Source: Candidatus Latescibacterota bacterium (GTDB taxonomy: Bacteria > Latescibacterota > UBA2968). From it: DNA of 64,000 bases. Position numbers and translations under genes: made by a program. Numbering within the stretch: the stretch's first letter is position 1; the number at the start of each line of letters is the position of its first letter. Below the pieces are notes generated by a model, which was not told the origin of the DNA, did no database searches, and was given only the letters and a program-made list of their open reading frames with translations. The stretch lies in NCBI GenBank assembly GCA_965198115.1, contig OZ240241.1, forward strand, positions 1,696,001-1,760,000, in the 5' to 3' direction. Below, one piece after another: positions 42,312 through 53,766 of this stretch.

Positions 42312-43115
42312 GTGTATCTCGAACACTGGGGACTGGACGAGCTACCGTTCGAAAATGTACCAGATCCTCGATTCTTCTATCCTTCCGCCGAGCACCAGGA
42401 AGCGTTGCTGCGACTTTTTTACGCAGTGAACAGCCGAAAGGGCGCTGCCATGCTCACGGGCGAGATCGGGTGCGGGAAGACCATCCTGAGTCGAACCCTC
42501 ATTCAAGATCTCCCACCCGATCGCTATGAAGTTGGTCTGGTCGCCAATCCCAGCCTCTCTCCCGTCGAATTTCTGCGGGAGATTCTCTACCAGCTGGGGA
42601 CGGAATCCAACTCCGAATCGAAGCTTGACCTGCTGCACGCCTTGAACAGTCAGGTCACCCAGAGCCTGAATGCGGGAAAAGACACAGTGGTCATCATCGA
42701 CGAAGCCCAGGCCATCGAAGACCCCGCCACGCTCGAGGAACTCAGGCTTTTGCTCAACTTCCAACTGAACGACCGTTTTCTACTGACACTTCTGTTGATC
42801 GGACAACCCGAGTTGAGAGAAAAAATCGGATCCGTGAAGCAACTTGAACAGCGGATCTCGATCAAGTTTCACCTGGGCCCACTCAAGGCTGAAGAAACGC
42901 GCTCCTATGTCCTGACCAGGCTGGAGAAAGTAGGGGTCAAGAACAGCCTTTTCAGTGAGGACGCTCTTAACCTGATTCATCGAGTATCCGAGGGTATTCC
43001 GCGCGAAATCAACAACATCTGCGACATCTCTCTTCTACTCGGTTTTGGCGCGAAGGCCACGGAAATCAGCGCTGACATTGCCAACAAGGCTGCGCAGGCC
43101 ATTAAACAGATCTGA
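42312..43115 (+). CDS. ExeA/GspA-type AAA ATPase
   Basis: MY..HWGL...PF...PD, GEIGCGKT, IIDEAQ, IGQPEL, GIPREIN. Confidence 0.92.
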   Translation: MYLEHWGLDELPFENVPDPRFFYPSAEHQEALLRLFYAVNSRKGAAMLTGEIGCGKTILSRTLIQDLPPDRYEVGLVANPSLSPVEFLREILYQLGTESNSESKLDLLHALNSQVTQSLNAGKDTVVIIDEAQAIEDPATLEELRLLLNFQLNDRFLLTLLLIGQPELREKIGSVKQLEQRISIKFHLGPLKAEETRSYVLTRLEKVGVKNSLFSEDALNLIHRVSEGIPREINNICDISLLLGFGAKATEISADIANKAAQAIKQI

Positions 43116-44486
43116 TGCCACGACTTTCAGACATGGTCCGGGCGGGTGAGACCGCCCTCAAGAACGAGGAACTGGCCGAACATCAGCGGGCCCAGTCTCA
43201 GGAACAAGGCACGCAGACTCAGGAACAGGGCACGTTCACAGGTCTTCCCCGTGCCGAGGTCCCCAACACGCAACCCATGCGGGATTTCCCAATTCTGAGC
43301 CAGATCCACTCCGAGGTCGGCACGATGGCCTCGGTTGTCGACCAGATCAACCACATCACGAACTACATCCAGGGTTTTCCGACGAGTGAACGACCGACCA
43401 TGCCGTCTCCTCCCCGCGAGACTGCTCCCCCGGAAGCTGCGCCGGCGACGATCGCGCCGGAGCAGCCTCCGTCCCAGCCACAGACCATAGACGCGCAACC
43501 CGCGGCACCGACTCCGCAGCCCCAGGCTCCGGCTGAGCCGGCTCAGGCCCCAGAGCCCGAGCCGGCGGTCTCGGCCGCATCCGAAGAGGAGATCAACCTC
43601 CTCTACGACCAGCTCTATGGTTTCGTTGAAGGCGTCGCGACCGCGGTGCGCCAGGGGTCTCCCTTCACTGTTGATGAGGCGTTCGGGCACGTATCCAAGG
43701 TGGTCGACACACCCTCCGCGTCCGACGTGCTCTACCGCCGAGCCATCTACACACGAGAGTCGAGTGACGACGAGCAGGGCTTTGCGTCCGCAGTCGTGTT
43801 GCACTCGGTAAACGTGTGTATCTATTGTCTGAAGATCGGCGAAGGTCTCAGGTATGGGCGTGACCAATTGATCGATCTGGGCGTCTCCGGACTCCTTCAC
43901 GACCTCGGGATGGTGAAACTGCCCGCCGAGTTCTTCACCAAGGGCAAGCTGGAGCCTGAAGACATCGAACGTCTCCACAAGCACCCTTTCGACGGCCACA
44001 CAGTACTCAGCGCCCTCGGCGAGAATCTCCAGTGGTTGGCGGAAATCGCCCTCCAGGAGCACGAGCGGTGGGACGGGTCCGGCTACCCGAATCAGGTCCA
44101 GGCCGACCAGATTCACGAATATGCCCGCATCGTCGGAGTCGCCGATTTCTACGCCGGGCTCACGCGATCCAGACACGATCGACGCGGCCGATCCTTTCGA
44201 GGCAGTAAAAGAGATCATCCAGACGCATAAATCGAAGTTCGAGCCCAAGGTGGTTCGCATTCTGCTCACCAAACTGTCCGCCTTCCCGATCGGTAGTCTC
44301 GTCAAACTCAACTCCGGTGCGAGCGGTCGCGTTGTCGCCACCGACGAGGCCTCCCCCCTGCGTCCGGATATCCAGATCCTCTACGATGCCCAGGGTCGGC
44401 CGGTCTCCGAGGACCGGATCATCAGGCTGCGCGAATACCCGATCCTGCACATTACCGACGCCATTTACGAAGAAGACCTGAAGTAG
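43115..44486 (+). CDS. HD-GYP domain protein with a Pro/Gln/Glu-rich N-terminus; frameshift near 44190
   Basis: LLHDLG and HERWDGSGYP; the C-terminal FPIGSLVKLNSG..P.RP is in ORF 44121-44486. Confidence 0.85.
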
Positions 44487-44493
44487 GCTCCCC

Positions 44494-46481
44494 GTGGAGG
44501 CCTCCGAGTATGCCCGGGTTTCAGCACTCGAGGGATCCCACTGGTGGTATCGGACACTCCATCGTTCGATCAGAGACCTGGTTCGGAGGGACGCCTGTCC
44601 GGGTCGTTTGATCGACGCTGGGTGTGGAACCGGCGGTATCCGGGGGTGGCTTCCAGAATTCACCTACTGGGGAGTGGATCTATCGGCGGATGCCCTGTCA
44701 TACGCGGACCATCGAATCCGGATCCAGGCGTCTGTCGAGCACCTGCCTTTTCCTCGCAACCAGGCCGATGTGTTGCTGAGCATCGACGTGCTCTACCACG
44801 CTTGGGTTCAGTCCCCGGCGGCGGCCGTCACGGAGGCCCTAAGTGCATGGTTTCATAAACATTATTACGTATGTTCTGAACCTTATTTGTAACTTATGTT
44901 CTCCTTCAAAAGGAGGAGAACAATGCCAAGACATTCGCCTTATGTGGTGCTACTGTCTGAGAAGGAACGGGTCGACCTCGAGCGAATGGCTGGACAATAT
45001 ACGTTATCGTATTATCAAGTGATCCGATCGAAAATCGTGCTTCTCGCCGCCGAGGGATTATCCAACAAGATTATCGCCCAACGGTTGGATGTCCCGCGTC
45101 CGATCGTAAGCAAATGGCGTAAGCGCTTTTTCGAAGAGCGTCTTTCGGGACTCGAAGATAGATCTCGTCCCGGGCGCCCGCCCGGTTTTCCCCCCTCAGG
45201 TGGTCGTTCAGATCAAGGCGCTGGCGTGTGAACTACCGAGCGAGAGCGGGATACCGCTCTCGCGGTTCAGCTGTTCCGAGATTGCCGCCGAGGCAGTGCA
45301 AAGGGGCTTCGTTGCCAAGATCAGCGGCGCCACTGTCTGGCGCTGGTTGAACGAGGACGCGATTCGTCCTTGGTATCATCGCTCCTGGATTTTCCCACGG
45401 GACCCGGACTTCCAAACCAAAGCAGGTAGAGTCCTTGATCTGTATCACCGCCAATGGCAAGGAAAGCCTTTAGGGCCGAGGGAATATGTACTTTCTGCCG
45501 ACGAAAAGACCAGTATTCAAGCACGAGCTCGCAAGCACGTTACCCTACCGCCAGCCTCGAACAGAGCGGCACGCGTTGAAACACGAATACGAGCGGAAAG
45601 GAGCCCTGGCCTATCTGGCTGCTCTCGACGTGCACAATGGTCGAATCTTCGGTCTCTGTGAGTCTTCTTCGGGTATCGAGCCCTTCAACCGGCTCCTGAG
45701 CCTGATCATGAGCCGGAAACCCTATTGCTCGGCAAAGAAAGTCTACCTCATCGTGGATAATGGCTCCTCGCACCGAGGGCAAACATGCATCGACCGTATC
45801 CAGGGGAAGTGGCCAAACATCCACCCCGTTCACCTTCCGATCCACGCAAGCTGGCTCAATCAGATCGAGATCTACTTCTCGATCCTCAAACGCAAGGCTC
45901 TGACACCTATCGAATTTGCATCGCTCGAAGAGCTTGAGGCAAGAATCCTCGGTTTTCAGGAACGCTACGGACGTATCGCCACACCCTTCAAATGGAAGTT
46001 CACACGAACAGATCTCGCGGAGATGATCGACAAACTCAGGTTCTACGATACGCCCTTGGCAAAGTCTGCTTATAATACGTCACCGTATTTGAGAACAGGA
46101 TTACTAAGGGTCCTCGAGCCTGGAGGGCTCGCCGTCTTCCACGCTCCGGCGCTCTCCGTGCTGCGGCGCGATCACGACCGGGTCGTGATGGGCAAGCGTC
46201 GGTTTACGCTCGACCGACTCTGCCGTATTCTCCGTGGCGCCGGGTTCACGATCGACTTCGCTTCCTACCAGTTTTCTTTCCTCCTGCCTTTTGCCTTGAC
46301 TGCCCGTCTCTTCCGTTCGACGGGTTCGCAACTCCGATCTGACCGCCGGCTCTCGAACGCCCTGTTCGGCCTCCTCGGAGCGGTTGAAGCCGTCCTCCTC
46401 GGCCGTGGCGTCTCCCTCCCGATCGGGACCTCGGTCATCATCGCAGCACGAAAGCCCCTAGGCCCGCCGGCTCCCGCGTGA
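44494..46481 (+). pseudogene. Class I SAM-dependent methyltransferase interrupted by IS630
   Basis: HWWY, IDAGCGTG, LPF, DVLYH...EAL|RVLEPGG, which rejoins when the IS is removed. Confidence 0.88.
44843..46104 (+). mobile_element. IS630-family element, full length
   Basis: TAA flanks at 44840-42 and 46105-07; imperfect IRs; HTH ORF, TTTTCCCCCC slip site, DEK / DNGSSH / ASWLNQIE; an extra 1-nt frameshift near 45580. Confidence 0.92.
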
Positions 46482-47593
46482 AACCCTTCGCATCCATCAC
46501 CCGCTCGCGGGCCGCCATCGTAACCATCCTCTTAGCAGCCTTCGGCACGACCCTCGGTGAGAGGGGTTTGAAGACCTACTACGAGGGCGGCAGCTATGGC
46601 TACTACCAGTCCACGGAGGTCTACCTCGAGGACCGGCATACACTCCTGCTCTACCTGCCGCATCCCGACTTGCTTTGGTCCCTCCGACCGAGCATCAGCC
46701 TGTCTCTCCACGAAGAGATCATCGGGTTCGATCGAAGCGGACCGCTACCCTCGGTTCGATACGACTGGACGCTGCGCACGGACGCCGACGGGTTCCGAGC
46801 GCACGGGAGCGATCGTCGTCGCGCGGAGATCGCGTGCTTCGGGGATTCGCGCACCCTCGGCGAAGCTTTGAGGTCCGATGCCACCTATCCCGCGCAGCTC
46901 GAAGCAGAGCTCGGCCGCCGAGGTTACACCAAGATCGTCGCGAACCTCGGACACGACGGATGGTCGATCGACCAGGGAGCCCGACTGCTCGAGGCCTCGC
47001 AAAACCTCCAGCCTCGGCTACGATATGCGATCTTCTGTTTCGGCATCAACGATGCCGACCGCGCGTGGGGAACCACCGATACCGAGCGTATGCGGCAGAA
47101 GAGCCGAACGTTCACGACCATCCAGCGAAGCCTCTACGGATCCTTCGTGTTCTATTGGGCTCAGCGTAGCTACCTTGGGGTGCTGGCAGGACTCCGCGGA
47201 GGAACAGCTGCTGAGCCCATACTCAAGACAGAGGGCCCGCGCAGAGTGCCGTTGCCCGAATACGGCCGGGTCGTCAGACGCATCGTGGAAGTTTGTCGCA
47301 CCCGATCGATCACACCGATCTTCCTGATACTTCCCAGAAACCCCTACTTCGATTGGTCACCCTGGGTGCCTGACACCGAGAAACGGCCTATCTTCGACCT
47401 CTACGACGACGTGATTGTGGCGACGGCAGCTAACACAGATATCATTGTCGCAGATATGCGTCCCGTGTTCGAGCCGGACTCGGATACGTTCGTGGACGAC
47501 ATGCACCTGAGCGGAACCGGTGCGGCCTGGGTCGCGTCGGTCGTCGCGAATACCCTCGAAGAGATCGGAAATGAACTACCAGCGACACACTGA
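46478..47593 (+). CDS. SGNH/GDSL hydrolase family protein
   Basis: FGDS, NLG..G, GIND and D.MH blocks; N-terminal anchor. Confidence 0.85.
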   Translation: MKPFASITRSRAAIVTILLAAFGTTLGERGLKTYYEGGSYGYYQSTEVYLEDRHTLLLYLPHPDLLWSLRPSISLSLHEEIIGFDRSGPLPSVRYDWTLRTDADGFRAHGSDRRRAEIACFGDSRTLGEALRSDATYPAQLEAELGRRGYTKIVANLGHDGWSIDQGARLLEASQNLQPRLRYAIFCFGINDADRAWGTTDTERMRQKSRTFTTIQRSLYGSFVFYWAQRSYLGVLAGLRGGTAAEPILKTEGPRRVPLPEYGRVVRRIVEVCRTRSITPIFLILPRNPYFDWSPWVPDTEKRPIFDLYDDVIVATAANTDIIVADMRPVFEPDSDTFVDDMHLSGTGAAWVASVVANTLEEIGNELPATH

Positions 47594-47843
47594 CCTCCTC
47601 ACGAGCGTCTTGGAAGGGGAGCTGGTCATCTACGACGAAGCGAATGGCGTCGTCCATCGGCTGAACCCCACCGCACGAGCGATCTGGGAGCGATGCGACG
47701 GACTGCATTCAGAGAGGGAGATGGCCGACTCGCTGGTGGAAACCTTCGACGTCAGCCTGGAGGAGGCTACAGTTGATGCTCGACAGGCCATCGTGACGCT
47801 GACAGAGCAACAGCTGATCGAAGTGACCGAAGAGTCTACATGA
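47571..47843 (+). CDS. PqqD family protein (RiPP recognition element)
   Basis: GELVIYD......LNPTA..IW..CDG...A..L...FDV.....D....L....LI. Confidence 0.9.
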   Translation: MNYQRHTDLLTSVLEGELVIYDEANGVVHRLNPTARAIWERCDGLHSEREMADSLVETFDVSLEEATVDARQAIVTLTEQQLIEVTEEST

Positions 47844-48681
47844 AAAAATTACTGTATAGCATTGCAGAAGAATGCGTTGAAGTTGTGTCTGAGAGCTCCA
47901 GTGCCACAGAAGTCTTGGCCTGTCTCCTACAGGGCTTCCGAGTGCCTGAGGCCGAAGAGAGTCCCACCCGTTATGAAATCCGCGGATCGGGCCCGTTCGA
48001 GATCCTGTCCGAGGGGCGTCGAAGATTTCGTTCGGAGTCGGCGCACAAACTGGGCACCAAGCTGGAGTGGACGATCGTTCAGGACGCCTTGTCCCGTTGT
48101 CCTCACGTGGTGATTCACGCTGCTGCCGTTGCTTTTGAAGACACGACCCTTCTCATCGCCGGTCATCCCGGCGCGGGTAAAACCACACTCGCCCTAGGAT
48201 TGGCCGTCGAAGGGGGCAAGCTTTTCACCGACGAAGCTACGCTCCTCTCCGCCTCGAAGCGTATCATTCCCTTTCCAAGAGTCATCCGGGCAAAGGGCAA
48301 CACGCTGGAACTCGTCCAGCGCCTCGGAAGCGCGTCGAACAGCGCCTCGGAAGCGCGTCGAACTCGGCACTTCCAGACCCGTGTTTTAGACTCAGCGATG
48401 TCACCTGTCTCTGCCCACCGAGCCTTGAGGATGGTCATCCGGAAGCGTCTCCACGGATTGTCGTGTTCCCCGAATACACGCCCGGTGAGCGGTCTGTCTC
48501 AAAAGTGACTCGAGGAGAGGGTCTCGCCTGCCTCCTCGAGCACGTTCTGAACCCGAGGAACAGTTTTCGCGTTCTCTCGGAAGTGGCCGAGGTTGCCACT
48601 TTCTATCGAGTTCGAAGCGACGATCTGCAATGGTCCGTCGAGCGAACCTTGTCGGCTGCGTCGACCGGGGCTCCGGCGTGA
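47840..48681 (+). pseudogene. HPr-kinase-related P-loop kinase frameshifted by a 23-bp tandem duplication
   Basis: IHAAAV, GHPGAGKTTL, TDE, PFPR. Removing the duplication restores the frame into ...VVFPEY. Confidence 0.8.
48317..48362. repeat. Perfect 23-bp tandem duplication
   Basis: CAGCGCCTCGGAAGCGCGTCGAA twice. Confidence 0.95.
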
Positions 48682-50144
48682 CACGCGGTGCGCTGTTCGT
48701 CTTCCTTGGATTCACCGCGCTCTTCGGTGTCTTCCACGCGACGAATCCGAATCTCCTCGGTGTCGATGGCTACTTCCACATCACGTTCAGCCGGACTCTG
48801 TGGCAGTCGGGATTGCCCGACTCGATCCCCCACCTTTCCCAAACGATCTTCGCAGAGCGTTTCGTCGACGACCATCTGCTCTTCCACTTGATGCAGATCC
48901 CTTTTTCGGCGCTGGGACTCATCCTGGGCGCCAAGGCGTTGACCGCCATCTCCGCGGGGCTTGTCTTCGCACTCTTCTACTGCGCCTTGAAGGTCGGAGA
49001 AATCGAGTGGCCCCTTGCGTGGACCCTCGGTTTGGCGTGCACTTCTCAGGCCTTTATCTCACGCATCTGCCTCCCCCGCGTCTCCGGGCTTTCGCTCTGC
49101 GTACTCCTGGCAGCCACGATCTTGGTCTTGCGTAAGAAGGATCGCTGGCTCGGCCTCCTCTCGTTCCTCTACGTGTGGCTTTATGGGGGTTTCCCGCTGT
49201 TGCTGATGGTGGTCGCCGTCGCCTTCCTCGTGGACCTTTTCCACGGGCTACCACCCAGGTGGAGCCTGCTCGGATGGACGGTCGGAGGAACCGTGCTCGG
49301 CCTGGTGACACACCCTTATTTCCCAGCTCATAGCGAATTCCTGTGGACGGCGTGGACACGCATCGAGCTTGGCCAGTTCTCGAACGAAATCACGGCGGGC
49401 ATCGAAGACTATCCGTTCCGGACCACCGAGGTTGTGAGGCGGGCGCTCCTGGCCTGGGGCGTATCACTGCTGGTATTCACCGTTCACCTGCTCGAGCGGC
49501 GCCAGCTCTCGCGCGAGGCAACGTTTCTCTTCGTCGTTTCAGTCGTTTTCCTCGTCCTCTACATGCTCGTCAGACGATTCGTGGAGTATTGGCCCCCATT
49601 CGCACTTCTCTTCGCGGCTTACGCCCTCGACCCCCTCTTTCGAGAGCGCGCATCCTGGAAGCCGGTATGGCGCCGCGGGGCCGCTTTATCGATCGTTACG
49701 CTGACGATTCTCCTTGGAATCGACAACTTCACGAACTTGCACGCCGAGATGACGGAAGCGCGACAGATCCGAAACTACCGGGGACCTGCCAGGTTCCTCC
49801 AGCAAACGACAGCCGAAAACGACATCGTGTTCCACACCGACTGGTCGGACTTTCCGATTCTCTACCACCTGAACCGCCGCAACCGCTACATCGTGGGGCT
49901 GGGTCCCCACTACATGCACGAGTTCAGCCGGTCGACACATATTTTGTGGAGAAAAGTGATCGAAGGAAGACAGCCCGCACCGTCATCCCTCATCCGGGAA
50001 CGGTTCGGAGCGAAGTGGGTCTTTGGGAAGAAGCCAGCGCGCCTGATCCCCAGACTCAGGGAAGATCCGGCCGCCAGCATCGTTTACGAGGACGACTTTT
50101 CGGTCATCTTCCGAATCGGAAGCGATCCTGAAGGACCTGTCTGA
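48678..50144 (+). CDS. Polytopic membrane protein, probable GT-C-fold glycosyltransferase
   Basis: TM1 followed by a DGYFH loop, about 10 TM helices, RRFVEY and a soluble C-domain. Confidence 0.65.
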   Translation: MTRGALFVFLGFTALFGVFHATNPNLLGVDGYFHITFSRTLWQSGLPDSIPHLSQTIFAERFVDDHLLFHLMQIPFSALGLILGAKALTAISAGLVFALFYCALKVGEIEWPLAWTLGLACTSQAFISRICLPRVSGLSLCVLLAATILVLRKKDRWLGLLSFLYVWLYGGFPLLLMVVAVAFLVDLFHGLPPRWSLLGWTVGGTVLGLVTHPYFPAHSEFLWTAWTRIELGQFSNEITAGIEDYPFRTTEVVRRALLAWGVSLLVFTVHLLERRQLSREATFLFVVSVVFLVLYMLVRRFVEYWPPFALLFAAYALDPLFRERASWKPVWRRGAALSIVTLTILLGIDNFTNLHAEMTEARQIRNYRGPARFLQQTTAENDIVFHTDWSDFPILYHLNRRNRYIVGLGPHYMHEFSRSTHILWRKVIEGRQPAPSSLIRERFGAKWVFGKKPARLIPRLREDPAASIVYEDDFSVIFRIGSDPEGPV

Positions 50145-50842
50145 CCAGATGCCCTGTTGCGTAGACGAAGAGACCCACCATCAGGAAGGCATTGAGGCGA
50201 TCGACCCTCACGCCAATAGGCGTCCAGGCGTAACCCGTTTCGAGCATCCACAGCGTGAGCACGAGCCCGGCCGAGAAGACAAACGACAGTCCGCAGTAAA
50301 GCCACCGCAATCGCCGATGATCGACTGCGCCCACGGCCAGGAACGGAAACGCGGCGAAGAGGTGATTCTCGTGGATTTCGATCACGACGGAGAAGAACGC
50401 AAGACCCATATACCCACTCGCCAGGATCAGCGTTCGTGGCTCCGGGCGGCGATGCACCCACGTCAACAGAAGACCCACACACAGGGCAAAGACCAAAAGC
50501 CCCAGGTCGATCGCCCGCAGTCCGAGCAGCAGGACCTCCCGGTCGGAATGGAATGGGGGTGCGGGTTTCCACAACCACCACACGTTATGCGCACATCCTG
50601 AGAGCCACGCGTGAATGTGTGGCACATTCAGTACCATGCCGAATACGTCGGGTAACGTCTGGTAGTAGAGAAAGGGAACCAAAACGAGGAGGGTGAGCGT
50701 GACGACGACGGGGACCGAACGCACGACCTCCCGCCACTTTCCCCGAACAAATAGGTAGAAAACCACGGGGACGATGTAGATCGTGGCCTGAGGTTTGGTC
50801 AGACAGGCGGCCCACGCACAGCCGACTCCGACGGGCCCGTTA

Positions 50843-52135
50843 GGGTTCGGAATAAATAAACGGTCGATCTCAATGTTGAGCCATTGGCCGGATCGTGTAG
50901 TTCCAGTCGCCGTGGAAATCGTGCGGAGTGAGATCGATTTGGGTCATCTGTTCATCGGTCACCTTGACCCCGTTAGGGTAGGGTCGCTTGTCGATCTCGG
51001 AGCGTACTCGGAGACCGGCTTGAGTGGTCGTTCCGGCAATGAGATTCACGGTTGCAGCCAGGCTGACCAGGGGCTTGCCTCGCCAGTTCATAGCGATGAA
51101 GGAGAACAGGCGATGTTCGATCTTGTTCCACTTACTAGTGCCAGGAGGGTAGTGGCATACGGTGATCGTCAGGCCAGTGCGATTCGCAAAGCGCTGCAGC
51201 TCCCACTTCCACAGCCGCGTCTTGGCGCCGTTGCTGCCGCCTGCGTCCGCCGTGATTAGCAGATGCGTCGAAGTGCCGTAGGCGGGCCGTCCCATGTTCT
51301 TCCACCAACTTCGGATCGCATTCACGGCGAAGCTGGCCGTGTCGTGATCGATACCGACACTTACCCAGCCTTCATCACGGCTCAGATCATACACTCCATA
51401 AGGGATCGCCTTGCCCTGAGCAGGCACTATGAAATCGTGTACCTTCACACGCTCCGGGTCTCCCTTGGGTCGCCATTCTCGGCCAGGATTCTTGAAGTCG
51501 CCGATCAACTCTTTCTTCTTGGTGTCCACCGAGATAACGGGAAGGCCCTGCTGCTGCTGCTGGCTAATCCGATCATCGAGGTAAACGAACTGAGCGTCCC
51601 GATCCGGGTGTGCAGATCCCTCCCTTGTCTTCCGATTCGCCTGCAGCGTGTAATCGTGTTCGTGCAGGAGATTGGCAACGATCCTGGGGCTCACCGAATG
51701 CCCCATCGCTTGCAACTCGGCGGCCAGTTTGCGAGTGCTCTTCGATGTCCATCTCAGAGGATTGTCGTCAGGCGACCCCGCAGTCGTTGGCTCGACCAGA
51801 TCATTCAGGTCCTGCCACAGCGTCGGGTCCGTGTCGGCCTTCCGCTTACGACCGCCGCCTGGACGCCGGATGCGAGCCGGGTCCAAAGGTTCGTCCGACC
51901 TCAACTCCTGAATGCCACGAAAGATCCGCTCTCTGGACATTCCTGTCGCCAGAGCCACAATCGCGATCCCACCGTGACCCAACGCTTCGGCTTCCGTGGC
52001 GGCCCACAGACGACGCGTGCGTTCCGTCAGCACCGGAGCCAAGGCTTCATACTTCGTTCGGAGAGTTTCGACGTCCACACTCCGAGCGTAAGATCATTAC
52101 CTTGAAAAGTGCAGCACTTATTTCGTGGCAAACCC
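50843..52135 (-). mobile_element. ISAzo13-family element
   Basis: 3-bp duplication (TTA at 50840-42 and 52136-38); ends GGGTT...AAATAA. Confidence 0.92.
50870..52078 (-). CDS. ISAzo13 transposase, intact
   Basis: RRPGGGRK, WTSKS, ISVDTKKKE, DAGGSN, PPGTSKWNKIEHRLF, FHGDWNY. Confidence 0.95.
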   Translation of the reverse strand: MDVETLRTKYEALAPVLTERTRRLWAATEAEALGHGGIAIVALATGMSRERIFRGIQELRSDEPLDPARIRRPGGGRKRKADTDPTLWQDLNDLVEPTTAGSPDDNPLRWTSKSTRKLAAELQAMGHSVSPRIVANLLHEHDYTLQANRKTREGSAHPDRDAQFVYLDDRISQQQQQGLPVISVDTKKKELIGDFKNPGREWRPKGDPERVKVHDFIVPAQGKAIPYGVYDLSRDEGWVSVGIDHDTASFAVNAIRSWWKNMGRPAYGTSTHLLITADAGGSNGAKTRLWKWELQRFANRTGLTITVCHYPPGTSKWNKIEHRLFSFIAMNWRGKPLVSLAATVNLIAGTTTQAGLRVRSEIDKRPYPNGVKVTDEQMTQIDLTPHDFHGDWNYTIRPMAQH

Positions 52136-52631
52136 TTACCGCGAAGCGCGTATAGGACGGCCACCGTGACGATCATCGTGTGAAAGGCGTCCTGATAGCC
52201 GAATGCGGCGGTCGCGAGAATCAGCCCCGGGTTGTAAGCGCAGTACCTGAACGCCCGGACAGGGTCCACTCCGGCGTCCCGGCCCAGGTGGTAAACCGCG
52301 ACGCCGAAACCGGCGCTGAAGACCACCATCGCGACCTTGAGTCCGAAAGTCAGCGCACGACTGTAAAATCGCCGAACCAGGATGAGAATCCGAAGGTGTG
52401 ATAGAGCCACCCGATCGACTTGGCAACGTAGAGATACAGCGGAAGCCAATCGTAGCCCCAGTCATACGCGCGGTGGATGCCCACGACGTAGGCCTGATTC
52501 GCCCAGTGTTTGAAGGAGGGCTCATCCGCGTATTCTTCAAAACCCGCCGCGACCAGGGCCACACACAGGTAGAGCATCGATGACAGGGCCAGATCGCGCC
52601 GCACGTCTGCAGGAACCAAACGCGTGAGAAG

Positions 52632-53731
52632 GTGATGATTCACGTCGGACGCCATCATCGCCAGGGCCGGACGTGGTCTCGAGCCATTGGCAAGCTCCTG
52701 ATCGGATCGGAGGACGGCCCACCCGTCAGTTCGCGACAGACGGGAGATTTCGTCCAATACTGTCTATCGCAGGGCGTCGGTCCGCTCGTCTGCGACGCGC
52801 TGTCCAGATCGGAGGAGCACGCGTCGATCGCGGCAGCTCTTCGCCCGACGCACGCGGCTTCGCTGTCGCAACATCTCAAGTGCGAGCGTCTGCTGCACCG
52901 CCTCTCGAGCGAGGCAGGGACCCGAGGTCTCTCCGCGTGCGTGCTCAAGGGACCGACTCTCGCAAAACTCTACGGGGACCCGACAAGAAGGCCCATGAGC
53001 GATCTGGATCTGTGGGTCCTACCCGGAGAATCGTCTCCCTGGCGGCGACTTCTCCTCGATCTCGAGTTCAAAGCTCCCTCACCATCGAATGTTTATGTTT
53101 CCCCACTGGGTCAAATCGATCTCCACACGTCATTGGTGAACGCTTCCCGGTTCCCGGAGAGACAGGTGGTCTTCAACCTGGGCGAAACCGCGGCCAGAGC
53201 GCGAAGTCTCTCGATTCCGGGTCTTCCAACGCTGACCGAACTGAGCCCGCCCGACAGCTTGCTCCACTCGGCCGTTCACGGCCTCAAGCACGGTTTTTCG
53301 AAGCTTATCTGGCTGTGCGACATTGTGCTCCTTGCCCGGACACTCACCGAAGATCAGTGGGCCCACATCGGGCGTAAGGTCGACTTGAAACCACTCGTGC
53401 GTCTGACTGCCAGCATCGTTCGGGCCCATCTCGGAATTGCTCTGCCCGATTGGCCATCCGATCTTCGCCAGATCGGGTCTCGTGAGCGGTTTTTTTCCAG
53501 ACTTTGTATGAATCCGGCACTCGTCTCGCTGGCCGAACCTTCCTACATTTACCTCGGGCTGCGAAAGACCTCCGACCGAAGGGGTTACGCGAAGCGGTTG
53601 TGTTCCCCCACGACGCGCTCGCGGAGATCGAAACCCTTTGGGGCCATCCTGCCGACTCCGTCCGGGCCCGTATCCGACGCCTCGGGGATGTCCTCAAGGC
53701 CGGCCTGGAGGCCCTGCACCACGTTGGTTGA
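52632..53731 (+). CDS. Nucleotidyltransferase family protein (NTP_transf_5 type); frameshift near 53605; start uncertain
   Basis: VLKG..LA..Y.DP..RPMSDLDL, IDLH, L.H...H...H, LIWLCD. Confidence 0.82.
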
Positions 53732-53766
53732 CCCCTCTGTCTCCCCTCCCTACCAAAGAGATTCCC

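Larger units (their letters stand above)
50104..52658 (-). pseudogene. GT-C (GT87/ALG6-like) membrane glycosyltransferase interrupted by ISAzo13; extra frameshift near 52365
   Basis: D...F.HW, YDW.PLY, YNPG, GYQD, LRG|NG..., TKPQ, AHNVW, HENH. Confidence 0.75.

Noticed and set aside
45486-46481. Apparent transposase-methyltransferase fusion ORF
   Set aside because: The IS630 frame reads through its right end into the 3' half of the interrupted host gene, which is a by-product of the insertion.
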